Assembly: GCF_000143415.4 (NCBI RefSeq)
Contig: NW_003314267.1
Coordinates: forward strand, 1,624,100-1,688,099
Direction: 5' to 3'
Length of the DNA: 64,000 nt
Source of the DNA: Selaginella moellendorffii
Taxonomy: Eukaryota; Plantae; Lycopodiophyta
Shown here: in pieces, positions 49,800-62,196 of the stretch
Position numbering within the stretch: the first letter of the stretch is position 1
Layout: every line of letters begins with the position of its first letter
The notes under the pieces: model-generated
The model's input: the letters and a program-made list of their open reading frames with translations, nothing else
Told to the model about the DNA's origin: nothing
Database searches by the model: none
Translations under genes and position numbers: made by a program

Positions 49800-51737
49800 A
49801 TGAGGAAGGATACTTTGCTGTTCGCCGCATTAGCCATTATCTCAGTGAGATGCTCGCTTGCAGGTGAAGCGATTAGTTTCGATCTGCGACCATCATTCAA
49901 ACAGAGTCAAGCTCTTCTTATGCAAGGACAAGCTAGAGCCACAAATGAAAGTTTGGAGCTTACCGGAGCGTTCGATTCCTCCATCATAAACGCTGGCCGG
50001 GTCTTCTATGCTTTGCCTATCAGGTTCGTCCACCAGTCTGGAAAAAACATCCGGATCTCCTCGTTCAACACCGTCTTTGAGTTCCAAGTAAACAGTGCTC
50101 TGGACCGCTCCAACTGTAAACAAGGCGACGGGTTTGCCTTCGTCGCTGCAGCGAGCGCTAGCAGCCCCCCCAATGGAAGCGATGCTGGATACCTCGGGCT
50201 GATGAACTCTTCCACTGCCGGTAATGCATCCAACCATCTGTTTGCTGTAGAGTTTGACAGCGTCCAGAACGTTGAGTTTGCCGATCCACCATGGAGTCAC
50301 GTCGGTGTGAATGTTAACAGCATGATCTCGCTTGAAACAGCCCGTTGGGAACGCCCTTTCTTTCCACCATTCAAGACCGCAAACTCCAAAGCGTGGATAG
50401 ACTATGATGCTTCAACTGATGTGTTGCAGGTCCGTGTTTCGAATGAAAACATCGGCGTCAAGCCAGCAAACGCGCTTCTCGCGGCATCGGGGCTCCAACT
50501 ATCTGAGGTTTTCCACAGGAGTATGTTCATTGGCTTTTCCGCCTCTTCTGGCTCCTGCAACGACAGTCACGAGATCATGAGATGGCAATTCGACTCAAAC
50601 TACAAAAATCACCGACCGTCACCTCCGTCTCGGCATCGAGATTCAAAGTCGAAGACGGCAGCTCTTGGTTTTGCTAGCCAAATCTATCCCGTGCTTGGCA
50701 TAGCACTAGTAGCCGTAGGACTGGCGTCGCTTTGGTACGTATGCCTGGGAAAACCGATCTTGAAGAGCTTTCATCGAAATGGATGCAAACTGTTAGCTCA
50801 CTTTAGCTATGACGATATCAGCCGTGCTACCGGGAGATTTGACGAGAGACTTGTCCTTGGCCGTGGAGCATTTGGAACAGTGTACAAAGCCGAGTTTAAA
50901 GGCCCGATGACTGTCGCTGTGAAGATCTTGGCGCAAACCGGTTTGGAAGTCGAGCACCAGTTCCTGGCCGAGCTCTCCACACTGGGAAAGATCAAACACC
51001 CGAACTTAGTCGATCTCCAAGGTTGGTGTCACTCTAGAGGAAAGCTCATGCTAGTCTACGAGTACTTACCGAATGGAAGCTTGGACAGACACCTTTTCTC
51101 CGAGAGCGCAAAGTTCCTCTCATGGGAGAGAAGGTCCCAGATCATCCATGGAGTCGCGGAAGCCATCAAGTTTCTCCACCAGGGACACGAGGAATGCATC
51201 CTCCACAGAGATATCAAGGCCGCAAACGTTCTTCTCGACAAGAACTTCAAGGCCAAGCTCGGAGATTTCGGCCTGGCAAGGCTCTTCGATCACACCGGAG
51301 TCCTCCAGACGATGACGAGAGTTGGGACGGCCGGCTACATCGCTCCAGAGCTCGCGTTCGCGGGCAAGGCCACGGAGAAATCCGACGTCTACAGCTTTGG
51401 CGTCTTGATCCTGGAGATTGTCACGGGGCGGCGAACGATCTCTCCCGCCTGCTCCAAAACGCTCATCGATCGAGTGTGGGGGATGCAAGAGAGCAATGCG
51501 CTGCTGGAGATTGTCGACGAGAGGATGCGGTCGAGCTACAATCCGGACGAGGCGAGAATGCTGCTCCATCTGGGGCTCACTTGCTGTAGCATGGACGCGG
51601 ACGAGCGCCCGACGATGGACGAGTGCTGCAAGATCCTTGGCGGCGAGATGCCGGCCCCCGATCCCCCCGCCGCGCAGCCGCTAGCGGCGCTCTGCAGCTA
51701 CTATCGTAAGATGACTACTCGCGAGCAAGAACCCTAA
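49800..51737 (+). CDS. L-type lectin receptor-like kinase 2
   Basis: Signal peptide [14 protein letters not shown], lectin domain ([20 protein letters not shown]), TM segment and kinase ([20 protein letters not shown]). Confidence 0.96.
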   Translation: MRKDTLLFAALAIISVRCSLAGEAISFDLRPSFKQSQALLMQGQARATNESLELTGAFDSSIINAGRVFYALPIRFVHQSGKNIRISSFNTVFEFQVNSALDRSNCKQGDGFAFVAAASASSPPNGSDAGYLGLMNSSTAGNASNHLFAVEFDSVQNVEFADPPWSHVGVNVNSMISLETARWERPFFPPFKTANSKAWIDYDASTDVLQVRVSNENIGVKPANALLAASGLQLSEVFHRSMFIGFSASSGSCNDSHEIMRWQFDSNYKNHRPSPPSRHRDSKSKTAALGFASQIYPVLGIALVAVGLASLWYVCLGKPILKSFHRNGCKLLAHFSYDDISRATGRFDERLVLGRGAFGTVYKAEFKGPMTVAVKILAQTGLEVEHQFLAELSTLGKIKHPNLVDLQGWCHSRGKLMLVYEYLPNGSLDRHLFSESAKFLSWERRSQIIHGVAEAIKFLHQGHEECILHRDIKAANVLLDKNFKAKLGDFGLARLFDHTGVLQTMTRVGTAGYIAPELAFAGKATEKSDVYSFGVLILEIVTGRRTISPACSKTLIDRVWGMQESNALLEIVDERMRSSYNPDEARMLLHLGLTCCSMDADERPTMDECCKILGGEMPAPDPPAAQPLAALCSYYRKMTTREQEP

Positions 51738-53110
51738 AACCATGTTTCCAGACCTAAAAATCTTACTTTTTTTCCATCACCTTTTGGCTAAATTATGAGT
51801 TGTGCCTTTAAAGTTTTGATAATTTCCATTTATTATCTTTAAAAAATCACCTTAAACTGAATCTTTGTTGTATTGTTTTTTTTTTTCTTAAGAGAAGGAA
51901 AAGAAGAAAAACAAATAGAAAAGTGGTGCTTCTTTAGTTTAACTAAGTCTTGGGGCGTGTTTTGTTGATGGATGTGTTCTTACCATGGTCGGTGCTGCAA
52001 AGGCTCGGGCCTGACTTTTCTACAAGGGAATTCGTTCTGTCCTGCAGTAAATGTTTCTATTTTGATTTTCATCATGTAGGCTGCTTGGAATTTCCGGTAT
52101 GTCTTTCTTTTCCACAAAGTGTCAGGACTCCAAGACATTTTGTAAATTGTAGGCACGGTTTTGCAGGTTTCACCAGTGTGTGTTGGAGCTGAAGTCAAGG
52201 AGCTTCTGAATCAGCGACGAATGATCTTGTTCCGCTGTAACACCCAAACGCCTCTTTCGGGACAGCGATACATTTAATCCTTCGCGAGCAACACCCAGTT
52301 TTCGCATGTCCGTGGAATCCTTTCGTCCTCCTATAGCATCCCAGCTGATGGAGATTATCCAGAAAAACCGTCTAGGGAACCAATAAGTTGGGTTGTCTTG
52401 TACATGGGGAGATCATGATCATAGGATTCTTTGATTTCTGGAAAGCTAAATCAAACATCTCCCTCCAAGACGTCCCAATCTATTTGTTCCCAAGGTAAGA
52501 AGGGTACAAAGGGATCCAATTTTATGAAGCTACTACAAGCAACGATCCTTTCATGCTTGGAACTGACATGGAATTATGGAGGTGGCAAGCAAATGCTCTG
52601 GGCATAGCGAGCATTTCGGCAAAGTATCAATCACGTGTTTGTGACTCATAAAAGAAAAAGTATAAAAACTTTTCTCGTTGAAAATAGTACCACAGTCTAG
52701 AAATCATCCCATCTTCAGTGATATACGGAAAAAAATTGTAAGTCTTGCAGAGAATCATCTTTTTTGGTCTGAAATCTGTGATTCATCCAGGCAATGATCA
52801 TCCAGGCATTAACATGTCTAGAGCCCACGTGAAAAATATGGCTGCCGCAAAGGAGAATATGGAAAGAATCAAGAAAGGAGTCCTGCCGGTGATCTCCTTT
52901 CTTCTATTGCTAGTTCTTTCTTCAATTCTTAATTCCTTGAAAAGAAAATCAAACCGGAGCGAGAGCGTGAGAGGGGGACATGACAGCCCACCGCCATAAG
53001 CCATGGCTGGGGCATGAGATCAAAGAAAAGCTTTGGGATCTTTGGCCAAAGCGCGATAAACTTTAGCAGGGGATACATATTTTGGACGAGCTAGAAGTTA
53101 AGACTGCTGC

Positions 53111-53402
53111 TTAGTCGCATCTGGGATATCGAAACCGGCTGAGGCCACAATCACTGGGAGCTCGCTCGTAGCGCCCGCGGAGGTTCCGATCCACGCGACA
53201 GATGCACCGGGCGTCCACTCTGCTAGTCGCCTGGCAGCACAAACCTCCCGGCCGGGCTCGGTTGAATCGGGCGTACTCGCGGCACGCATCCACGAAATCC
53301 TGGCAATCCAGTCGATCGCCCCGGCCACCCCCTCCAAATCCCCCTTCAAAAAAAAAAAAAACAAACAAATCAATGTCCAAGAACAAGCGTGAGTTCTTCC
53401 GT

Positions 53403-53442
<40 letters not shown>

Positions 53443-53618
53443 GGTCCACCACCGCCTCCACCAGGCCCGCCACCGAATCCACCGCCTCCGCCAGGTCCGC
53501 CACCGAACCCACCGCCACCGCCCCCGCGCCCAAAACCAGGCTGAGCTTGGGCGAGATCGAAAATCACAGCTAACAAAACTATAGCAAGAACAAGAAGAGA
53601 GTTCCTCATAGTTGACAT
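53111..53618 (-). CDS. Secreted hybrid glycine-rich / eight-cysteine-motif (nsLTP/prolamin superfamily) protein, 2 exons, 148 aa
   Basis: Exons 53618-53405 and 53343-53111 are in phase. Signal peptide, GGGPG/GGGFG repeats, then C-X6-C-X14-CC-X9-CxC-X16-C-X9-C. Confidence 0.88.
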
Positions 53619-53949
53619 GCTTGATCGACTTGATGCTACTCCAATCCAAGAGAGGATGTCTTTTGTAGGCTGGAGATTTTCGGCGACCATTAATGCTGCC
53701 CACCCATCTTTGTTGAAAAGAAAGGTGGCGAGCAGTAGCGTTACAGAGTCCACAGGCCGGCCATTCAATCTCGAGCTTATCACCTCGGAGAATATCCTCC
53801 ACTTGCGATTTTGTTTAGCACTTAGCGCCCGCGAGCCCGGAGTATGACTTCCTCTGGATGATCCTCGAGAGCTCAGAGCTTGCCGCTGCCAGCGCCGCCA
53901 TTCTTGCCACAAGAAGAGAGACTGCTGCGCTCCAGAGGAGAGATCACGG

Positions 53950-54783
53950 GGCTGCGAGCGACGGTGCTTCTGGCCCTCTTGGAGTATGGATTTAGCAGAC
54001 TCTCGCAGAAGGAGGTAGAGCTCTTGGCCACTAGAAAGATTTAGAAACCAGCATGGGGAGAGAGAAACAAAGCTCACGTACCTCTGCCACTGCCTTGATT
54101 TTCAAGGCCGTGTCAGTCATCAGCAGCACCACTCTCCTGTCCACAACGCTTCTCTCGAAGAGCAGCGCACAGTCTAGGACGTGGTCGTCGTTCGTAGGAG
54201 AGAGTAAATCCACGGCATATGGGAGGAAGTTCTTGGCCACGGATGGAGAGACCGGAGGAGTCATGCCCATTGGTTTCATCTCGTTGCTTTTCTGCACGTG
54301 TATCTACCATGGCTTTTTCACCATGCACTCCTCTATCCAGCGCAGTGACCTCCACCACTGAGATTTCTTGTCCTCGCTTCTTTGAGGAAGCTCCCGGATG
54401 ACTGCCAAAAGTTTAAAGGCGAAAGAAAAGAATTATGAAAAATGCTTATATTCGGTATGATGAAGCTCATGGAAAGAGGCCTTACCCGGTGACAATGAGT
54501 GTAATAGTCTTTGAGATGTCTTCATCGGAGCCCATTGAGTACGGATTCGGAACAGTCTCCTTCGAAGCTCTGGCTTAGGCGTGGTGTCAAACTCGAGCTG
54601 CCAAGCCTTGTCACAAAAACAGAGGCTGCTGCACCCTGTATCGGAGCTGAAGACGGTTACGTATCAGACAAGGAAAACATGGCTCCTGCTCTAGTTGCAA
54701 ACCCTGAGGTGGATGCATCCAACTCCGTGGTGTCGAGGAAACCACTCGGGGAGCTCTATTTACCGAGTGTTCAACACGACTAA
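53950..54783. pseudogene. Scrambled PARALLEL SPINDLE1 (PS1)-like pseudogene: PIN domain on -, central region on +
   Basis: Minus strand: LRWIEECMVKKPW*IHVQ..TPPVSP..LLSPTNDDHVLDCALLF..VVLLMTDTALKIKAVAE, then FCESLLNPYSKR. Plus strand 54511-54783: KLWLRRG..SDKENMAP. There is an in-frame stop. Confidence 0.75.
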
Positions 54784-56599
54784 AAGCCCGTTTTCCAGCC
54801 AGCACCTAAGATCTTCTTTCCAGCCGGAGACATTCGCAGAGTTGTGAACTTCACTGACAGAAGCCACTCCCGGGGTGGCGAGCCCGATCTTCCATTGAAT
54901 GCAAAATGAAAAAATGAAAAACCAAAGCTGACCTGTTTACGTGAGTTACTGCTTTCCAGCCGCAAGATGCTGTGGAACACCTCATCCAGACCCTTGGCAA
55001 CCAGGAGTGCATTCGAACTGAGCTAGACAAGTATCCTATCCCAGCTCGTCCTAAGGGACATGCACTCAGGTAAGCTTAAGGCTGATCGAAAGTCTAACAG
55101 TTTATGGGACACAACTCAATGGGGAGCCTTTGCTCCCTCTCGACTCAGCCACGATGGAGGAAGATTGAAAGTTTGAGGTGGGAGCATTGAACTGTATATG
55201 GTCAAGCTTTGCCACAAGGACACACAAAATTGGGAGTGTTTAGGTGGTTTAGAAAGATTTTTATCTAGCATTAATGATCATATCCTTTAAAAGTTCTTAA
55301 ACAAATAATATTTCTATGTATTAATATAATTGATCAAATAATGGAAGTTTATAATTATAAACACAAGATTAATCTTACTACATATCAAATATTATTAGAT
55401 GGTAGAATAAACTAGAATAAACTAGAATGTACTAGGAAGTATTAAAGTTTATAAATTTTAAACATGATTATTAATTTAGAACTACAAAATTAATCTAAAT
55501 GAATAACAACTGTTAGATGGTAAAATATCCCAAAATATTCTAGTGTATTTTTACTACCCCTCCATGTTTTCTTAAGAACAAAAAAACTACCTATCCTAGC
55601 CGTTGAAAAGAGATTGAGAAATTTTGAAGGATAAAATGATTTTATCAACTATTAGATAAATAATGGCACAGTAAATTATTATTAATAATAAATAAAATTA
55701 TAACTATTCTATAATAATTTACAAACTTTATTAATAATTTATGTTGTTAGTATTTTTCTTAATTGTGAGCAATAAGAGCAAAGGCAAGGGCAAGGGAGGA
55801 AGTGGATGAAGGTAGAGGTAACAATAATGGTGATACTAACTACTCTTACCACTTCTTCTAATGGTAATGATGGTGGTGGTGGCAATGGCCTTATTAGTGT
55901 TGTTGTTATTACCACTTCTAATAATAACAACACTAATGAGGGTGAATATCTTTAGTGTAGGGTGCTTGAAGTAAATAAAGAGCCCTAAAGAGACTATAAG
56001 ATCTTTTAATTTAAAGAAAGCAATAAGTAAGTTTTGTGTAAGCTCCTATTTATAAGCTTTTGAATTTGAACTTCACATAGTATTACTTAAACTAAAAATA
56101 CTTAACCCCAAATATCATAAGACTCTTAACCAATTAAAAAAAGGGGTACACTCTTTTTTATAGGCCCTTCTTTTTTATATTTGAAGCCAAATAAATTATC
56201 TCTCAAGTTTTTTTTTAGTTGCTTATATTATTTTATAGTTTTTTTTCTTTCTGAATAAGAATAAAAGATTTCCAAATGTAGTTCTAATGTAGGGTGTTTG
56301 GGGAGATAAGAAAGCTTTAACACATGGAGTACATAATTCTTTAAATTGGAACTAATAGAGAGTAAATTTAAGTAGGTTTGAATCTTATTTTTTTGTTTTT
56401 GTGTGCAAGATCTTTGAAAGGTTTATTAATGTAACTATAGCATAAAATTTTATAGAAAAACACTTTCAAGTTACTTATTTATTTATGACTTGGGGGATCA
56501 AGGCAAATATGGGAGAGAGGTAGTAATGTGGGATGTACTTAAGAATTTTTTTAATGTTTTTCCATTTGCACTTCTTCATGAATTACCTTCATTACAAAG

Positions 56600-57100
56600 T
56601 GTAGAGCATAAGATTATGTTAAAGCCAAAGATAAAGCCAATTAATTGATATCCATTTCTATTTAGCTATGCAGAAAAGAAAGAAGTTCAACAATAAATCA
56701 AGGAGTTATTTGAGTTTGGATTCATTCAGCTAAATAAGTCTCCATTTAGCACACTAGCCTTGCTCGTGAAAAAAAAAAAAAGTTTGATATAGATATGTAT
56801 TAACTACTAACCTTACACAAAAAGATAGTGAAGGGTAGAGTGGATATCATCATATTGCAATATATGACTTGTTTATCTCTAAGATGGCATTTAATATAAA
56901 TTTCAGGCATTTTAAGTTCATAATTATGCCGTTGATTGATGAATACATTAGCTATATTTACTTAGTTAATGACAAAAGTGTTTGAGAATTATCTTCATTT
57001 TAGCAAGAATATAGAAGAGGATAAGGTGCATTTGCACAAAATTCTCATGTTGCTACATGATAACAAACTTTACACAAAGAAGAGAGCATAAGTGAGATTT
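56600..57100 (+). mobile_element. Degenerate Ty3/Gypsy reverse transcriptase remnant
   Basis: KEVQQ*IKELFEFGFIQLNKSPFSTLALLVKKK, HFKFIIMP and FSKNIEEDKVHLHKILMLLHDNKLYTK. Confidence 0.8.
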
Positions 57101-57773
57101 TCAGCAAGTTTTAAAGTACAATCACCCAAAAAGTAATCAACTCAATAAATAAGATAAAAATAACTTACCATCATATTTTTAAAATTATGGAGTCAAGCTT
57201 GGTTACTAATAGTTACTAATAGCATAGGTATTGTAAGGAATGGTATTTGCAATATAAGGTTTAAGGACAAAAATATGAAAGATTAAGTGAAGTTTCATGG
57301 AAGGTAGTTACATCTAACCCAAAATGGTAAAAGGTCCTAGTCATTAGTAATTTAGCTCATTACATGGCTGAGTTGTTCAGAAGTTATGTTAAAGAAGCCA
57401 TATTTGATCTGTAATATTAAATACAAGAGTCAGAGCACAATGGCTATCTTGTGGAAGTCTTGAGCACAATACAAATGGTGAATCAAGTTCTCATAGATGT
57501 AATGAAGGTGGAGTTTAGATATAAGCATGCAATAACAAATAAGGGTGTTAACATGTGATAGTAAAGAATAATATTTAGCATGTTGAACTGTGACTATGAA
57601 CTGAGTTGTTGTAAAAAAATTTATAAGTGACAAAATATTTATTTAGTTGTCCAGCTAATAATTATTAAAATATCGAAGGTATTATTTCAATGTTTGAATA
57701 CGGGCCCCTTCTTTCTTCGGCACTGGAGATCTAAACGGCCACTTCCCGACATCGCTATTTACTGCTGAAGCGT

Positions 57774-59857
57774 CTAGATTCCACTGTCCATGGCATATTG
57801 TGTGATCCCAACTAATCTTCGGATGATTCTTTGATCTTTAAGCACTCGGGATTTCCTCCAGTTCTGATACCCTGCTTCCGGATAGAGCTCAGATGTAGTA
57901 GTTATATACACCCTGGTCCTGCTGGGAGGAATCCCGAAGTGCTCCATAACTTTCAGCATTCCTGAGTATTTGAGGCCGTGCTCATGCCTCTCAGAACTGA
58001 GAGTCGCTTGGAACAGCTCGAGCTCGGGCAAATCCTGGGGTGTCGGCTGCACTATCGTCATGGCGTCCACTGTCTCTTCCACTGGTGAATCCGGCCAGAT
58101 GATTCTGTTGACCGGCCAAGGACGTGACACATTCTCAATCTTGTCGACTTTCACCACTTCACCAAACTCAAAAACACGCTCCTCGTCCTGACTTACCACA
58201 TTGATATCGTCGTGGACTCGGCGAACCTTGAAACAACGACGGCTGTATTTCTGTGTCAGGGTCATGAACTCGTGCTGGAAGACGTGGCCCTTGCAACCGT
58301 TGACACCATGAGCCGCCAGTCCCTTGAAGCTTAAAAACAGACGCAACTCCCCGCTGGTAGACTCGCTTAGTTTCTCCGTCGCCACCTTCACAAGGTAGGG
58401 AGATGCAAACATGTACTCGTACCCGTTGTATCCCTGCTTGACCCTATGGTGTACTACTTTGTGAGACGGATGGTCACCATCGGCAATCTGCTGTCCCACC
58501 GTTTCTACTGTACGCTGAATAAAATGTAAACCACTGACGATGGTATCCAGGTCGATATGCGGCTTCTCAAGCACAAAGCGAGCCGTGCCACCCCATCTCC
58601 TGTATCTCTCCTTGACAACGTCCAACGTTAGCATCTTTCGTGCCTCAAGCAATTCCTCCTCGCCCTTAAGCGCTTGGACATGAGGCAGTGTCGGATCAAA
58701 CATCACTTGCCAGGCAACCGCGAGCTCGGCAGCAGACCACACCGGCAGGATCACCTGGTTGCCGCGGCCATCCTTATCATAGTCCTGGAAATTGCTCAGC
58801 TTCGGAATTGCAGCAAGCAAGCTTTTGCATCCAAACTCCGGAACACACGGCAGCTTGCCATCCACCAGATAGTAAACCTCCGGATCAAGCAGGACGCCGT
58901 TGTTTTTCAGCCGGAGACACGAGTAATCCTGACCAATGACCTTGCTTTCATTGTTGTGTTGCGGCTCATAGAAGTAGAGAGAACCGCCCTTGGTCTGAAA
59001 AGCAACTGGCTTCCTTTCATTCAACAGCTTGAGCAGCGTGGTGATGATAAACCCCGTCTTGCCGATGCCAGGAACTCCCAGCAGTAGAACCGCAAGGACG
59101 CCACTGTCCCAAAGCCTCTCCACCTTCTCGCGGACTGGCACGTAGCAGGGTCGCTCCAGGATACACGAACCACTAGTCTTACACCAGAAATTCTGTAAGG
59201 CTTTACGAGACTGCGGGGTCGTGAATGTGTACATCGTTAGCTCCAGCAACCCTGCAGCACCAAGGAAAGCATTATAGGACAAAAGAGACACAGAAAGATC
59301 TTACCAGGCGGGGAAGGACACGGTATCTCGTTCGATGCTTCCTTCACATAGTGCATTTCGTCCGTTTGGTCCTAGAGATTGAATCGATGAGAGATCGCCA
59401 TTGTATCATACTGAACGCACCTCAGCAGCAGGGGTTGATGACATCGCTGGATCCATCGCCTCCTCCTCCTCCGGAAACATGGGACTAAATTTATCCGGCA
59501 GCTCCGGAATCTGATTCTCTGGTTGAAGAGTAACAGTCTGCTTCTCACACTCCAGACTCATCGTCCGTGAGCACACGAGATCCACTGCAACTCAGGCGAG
59601 AGTTGGAGGAAGTCAGGATGAGAACATGCGAGCCTACCAGGATTACAAGTGGTCAGATCCACAAAATTGCGAAGGGCCAAGCACAGGAGAGGGGACGACA
59701 TGTACTCGGACAAATCCGTGTAAGAGAGAACCTCCAGCTCGTCCAGTCTTATGAATCCGGCTTCACGGAGCGTCGCGACATCGGCGCCGAGAAATTGGTG
59801 CTTTGGGTACCGCGATCGGAGAAAATCCTCAATGCTCTCGCCGCCGCGCTTCCTCAT
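57774..59857 (-). CDS. Crinkler/RHS-type (CR) protein A: small helical (SAM-like?) header + P-loop NTPase + REase-like domain, 4 exons, 642 aa
   Basis: Exons 59857-59638, 59584-59421, 59371-59305 and 59251-57774 are phase-consistent. Walker A GVPGIGKT, Walker B YYLVDG, LPVWS..EL, WGGTARFV, SHKVVH, FASPY, GHVFQ, ETVDAM and LFQAT. Confidence 0.88.
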
Positions 59858-60352
59858 CTCAGTAGCAAATTTAGGGTTCTTACCTTGACAACTATTCAAT
59901 GCCACATCAGCTGATTTAAATGTTTCTAATATATTTCATTTTCGTGTAATCTCGTATATACATAATACATACATATATATAAATTTTTATATTATAATGT
60001 TTTAAATAATTTAAAATATTAATTTTAATAATAATATATTTATTTACTATAAAATATGCAAAATAAAAGTTGAGAATAATTACATTTTAATAAAAAAGTT
60101 ATTATGGGTTATTCTAACTTAAAGATTACATCTTGCTTACAATTTCTCTTGCATCATGCTTGAATTGGAGGCCATTGATCGGCAAATATAGATAGTTTAT
60201 AAACTTAGTCTTCAAAGTTCTCATTTGAATTATTACCAAGATTTGTAATAAGTTAAGTAAATTCTACTAGCAAGATTTGCATTAAAGGCATTTCACTTAG
60301 GCTTGTGCTACACCACAACCTCCATGTTCCCTTACTCATTGATGCCTCACAA

Positions 60353-60640
60353 ATGCTTTATTTCGTTAAAGTGGGACTTTTCATTATCCCACTTATGGTG
60401 TGTGGCCACATGCCATTTTTATAACAACAATAAAAAATTGAAGTTTTAACTTTATAATTTATAAATTAAAAACTTTTCATATGATTTTGTGTTATAATAT
60501 TGTAAAATATAAAAAAATAAATTAAAAAACTGATAGAAATATTAATAAATATTAATTAAGTACTGGGAAATGGCATGTGGACACATGCTAATTAATGTCC
60601 CACTTTACTGAATAAGTCCCATTTTAACGAAATAAAGCAT
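60353..60640. mobile_element. MITE with ~65-70-bp imperfect TIRs
   Basis: ATGCTTTATTTCGTTAAAGTGGGAC...CCACATGCCATTT pairs with AAATGGCATGTGG...GTCCCATTTTAACGAAATAAAGCAT. ACAA lies on both flanks. Confidence 0.85.
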
Positions 60641-62142
60641 ACAATCACTACAATAGTGACTGGCAGAGGTAACACACTTGAACACCATTCATTTTTATGG
60701 CAAATTGATTTGATAAATGAGTTGCTACACACTCCTTAGAGAATTTTGACTTCTATGACCACTATTTTATTATTTTAATCTTGTGAGATACGAGTTAGCA
60801 CACACTTTGGGAGTTTTTGGTTCATTTTGCATCCATTCTTGGAGCTTCAATTGCATAGCTAGGGTTCATTGGAGCAATCTTAATGCCTTACCTATTTAAA
60901 GTTTGAGAATAGTTTGGGGGTTATTAATTTTAATGTCTCCAATCATTCACTTTTAGATGAACAATTTACATGTGATATATTATATCTCAAGATTGATTTG
61001 TGGTGCATAAAGGGAACTCACAAATTAGTTTCCTTGTGCTTGCTGGATTTGACATTTGCAAACTCACATATATGTTAAACTCTTACAGCCATGCCTCTCT
61101 TACCTCTTTTGCACCAATTTATAATTAATCATTAAAAAATATTAAATAAATTTGTATTAAACCAAAGTATATTTTAAATATATTTCTTACACAATAAGCA
61201 AGTCATATAATCACTTTGAACAGTTATTCAGGTCAGCAGCAATATTAAAAATTTATATCATAAATTCTATTTAGTGGACCAGATTATGCCTTGAATGATT
61301 TAAAGACTTTCAACTGATTTAGAAAGTAAATTATTTTTAAAAAAAAATTGTTCAAAAGCATTATATAAAGAAGGCTAGGACTAAAGTTTTAATATTCTAC
61401 TTCAATATCAATTGTGAGCCAATTTTTTATATAATAAAATTCTTACTTCATTAATTCATTTTTCCCTTTTTCTCATTTTCTTTATTTAAGATTTATTTCT
61501 ATTCTACTAGAAATAGAAATTGGCTTCAGTCTTAACAATCTCTAAGTGGTAAAGTTTTGTTATTAACAAATCTCTTGCTCTCTTGAGGATATATATATAC
61601 ATACATACATATACATATACATATATGCATATATATAAGTAATTCACTCTGTAGTCTTAATTCCAAACAATAGAAACTATATTTACTTTCTTCTAACAGC
61701 ACCTCTTGCTTTGGATTCTCTTGACTATAGGGGTCATGACCTTTTAAGTTTTTGTGATCCACCCTCACACAGCTCATTGATTGTTCTCTTTATGGATTCT
61801 CAAGCTTGGCTATTACTACACCTTCCCACGTTGATTATACCTTAATCTCTCTCATCCCACCTTCATGGTTATGTATTATCCTCATGATTGAGATAATTAT
61901 CTCCTCTATGTATTTATAATTTGCCCATGTCTTCTCACTTGGATATTTTATAACTAGTATATTTAGAGCTTGTGTATGCCACAAGCTCTAATTACATAAT
62001 TGTTTGTTTATAAAAATATCTTTTATATGCCCAGGCATATTAAACTACTAAGTAGCCACATTAATATAGAATACGGAATTAGTAGTTTAAAAAATAAATC
62101 TTATTTAATGAACTAAATCTTGTGATTTAGGGTTAAAATATT

Positions 62143-62150
62143 CTATAAAT
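62143..62150 (+). promoter_or_regulatory. Putative TATA box of CR protein B
   Basis: CTATAAAT ~50 bp upstream of ATG 62197. Confidence 0.5.
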
Positions 62151-62196
62151 AGGCAGCCGTCAGATGTTACCAGCCAATAGGGCTAGTTCTTTCAGC

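Noticed and set aside
51968-53004. Small putative spliced ORF and a 68-aa ORF with a hydrophobic tail (52798-53004)
   Set aside because: No recognisable homology, so they cannot be supported without transcripts.
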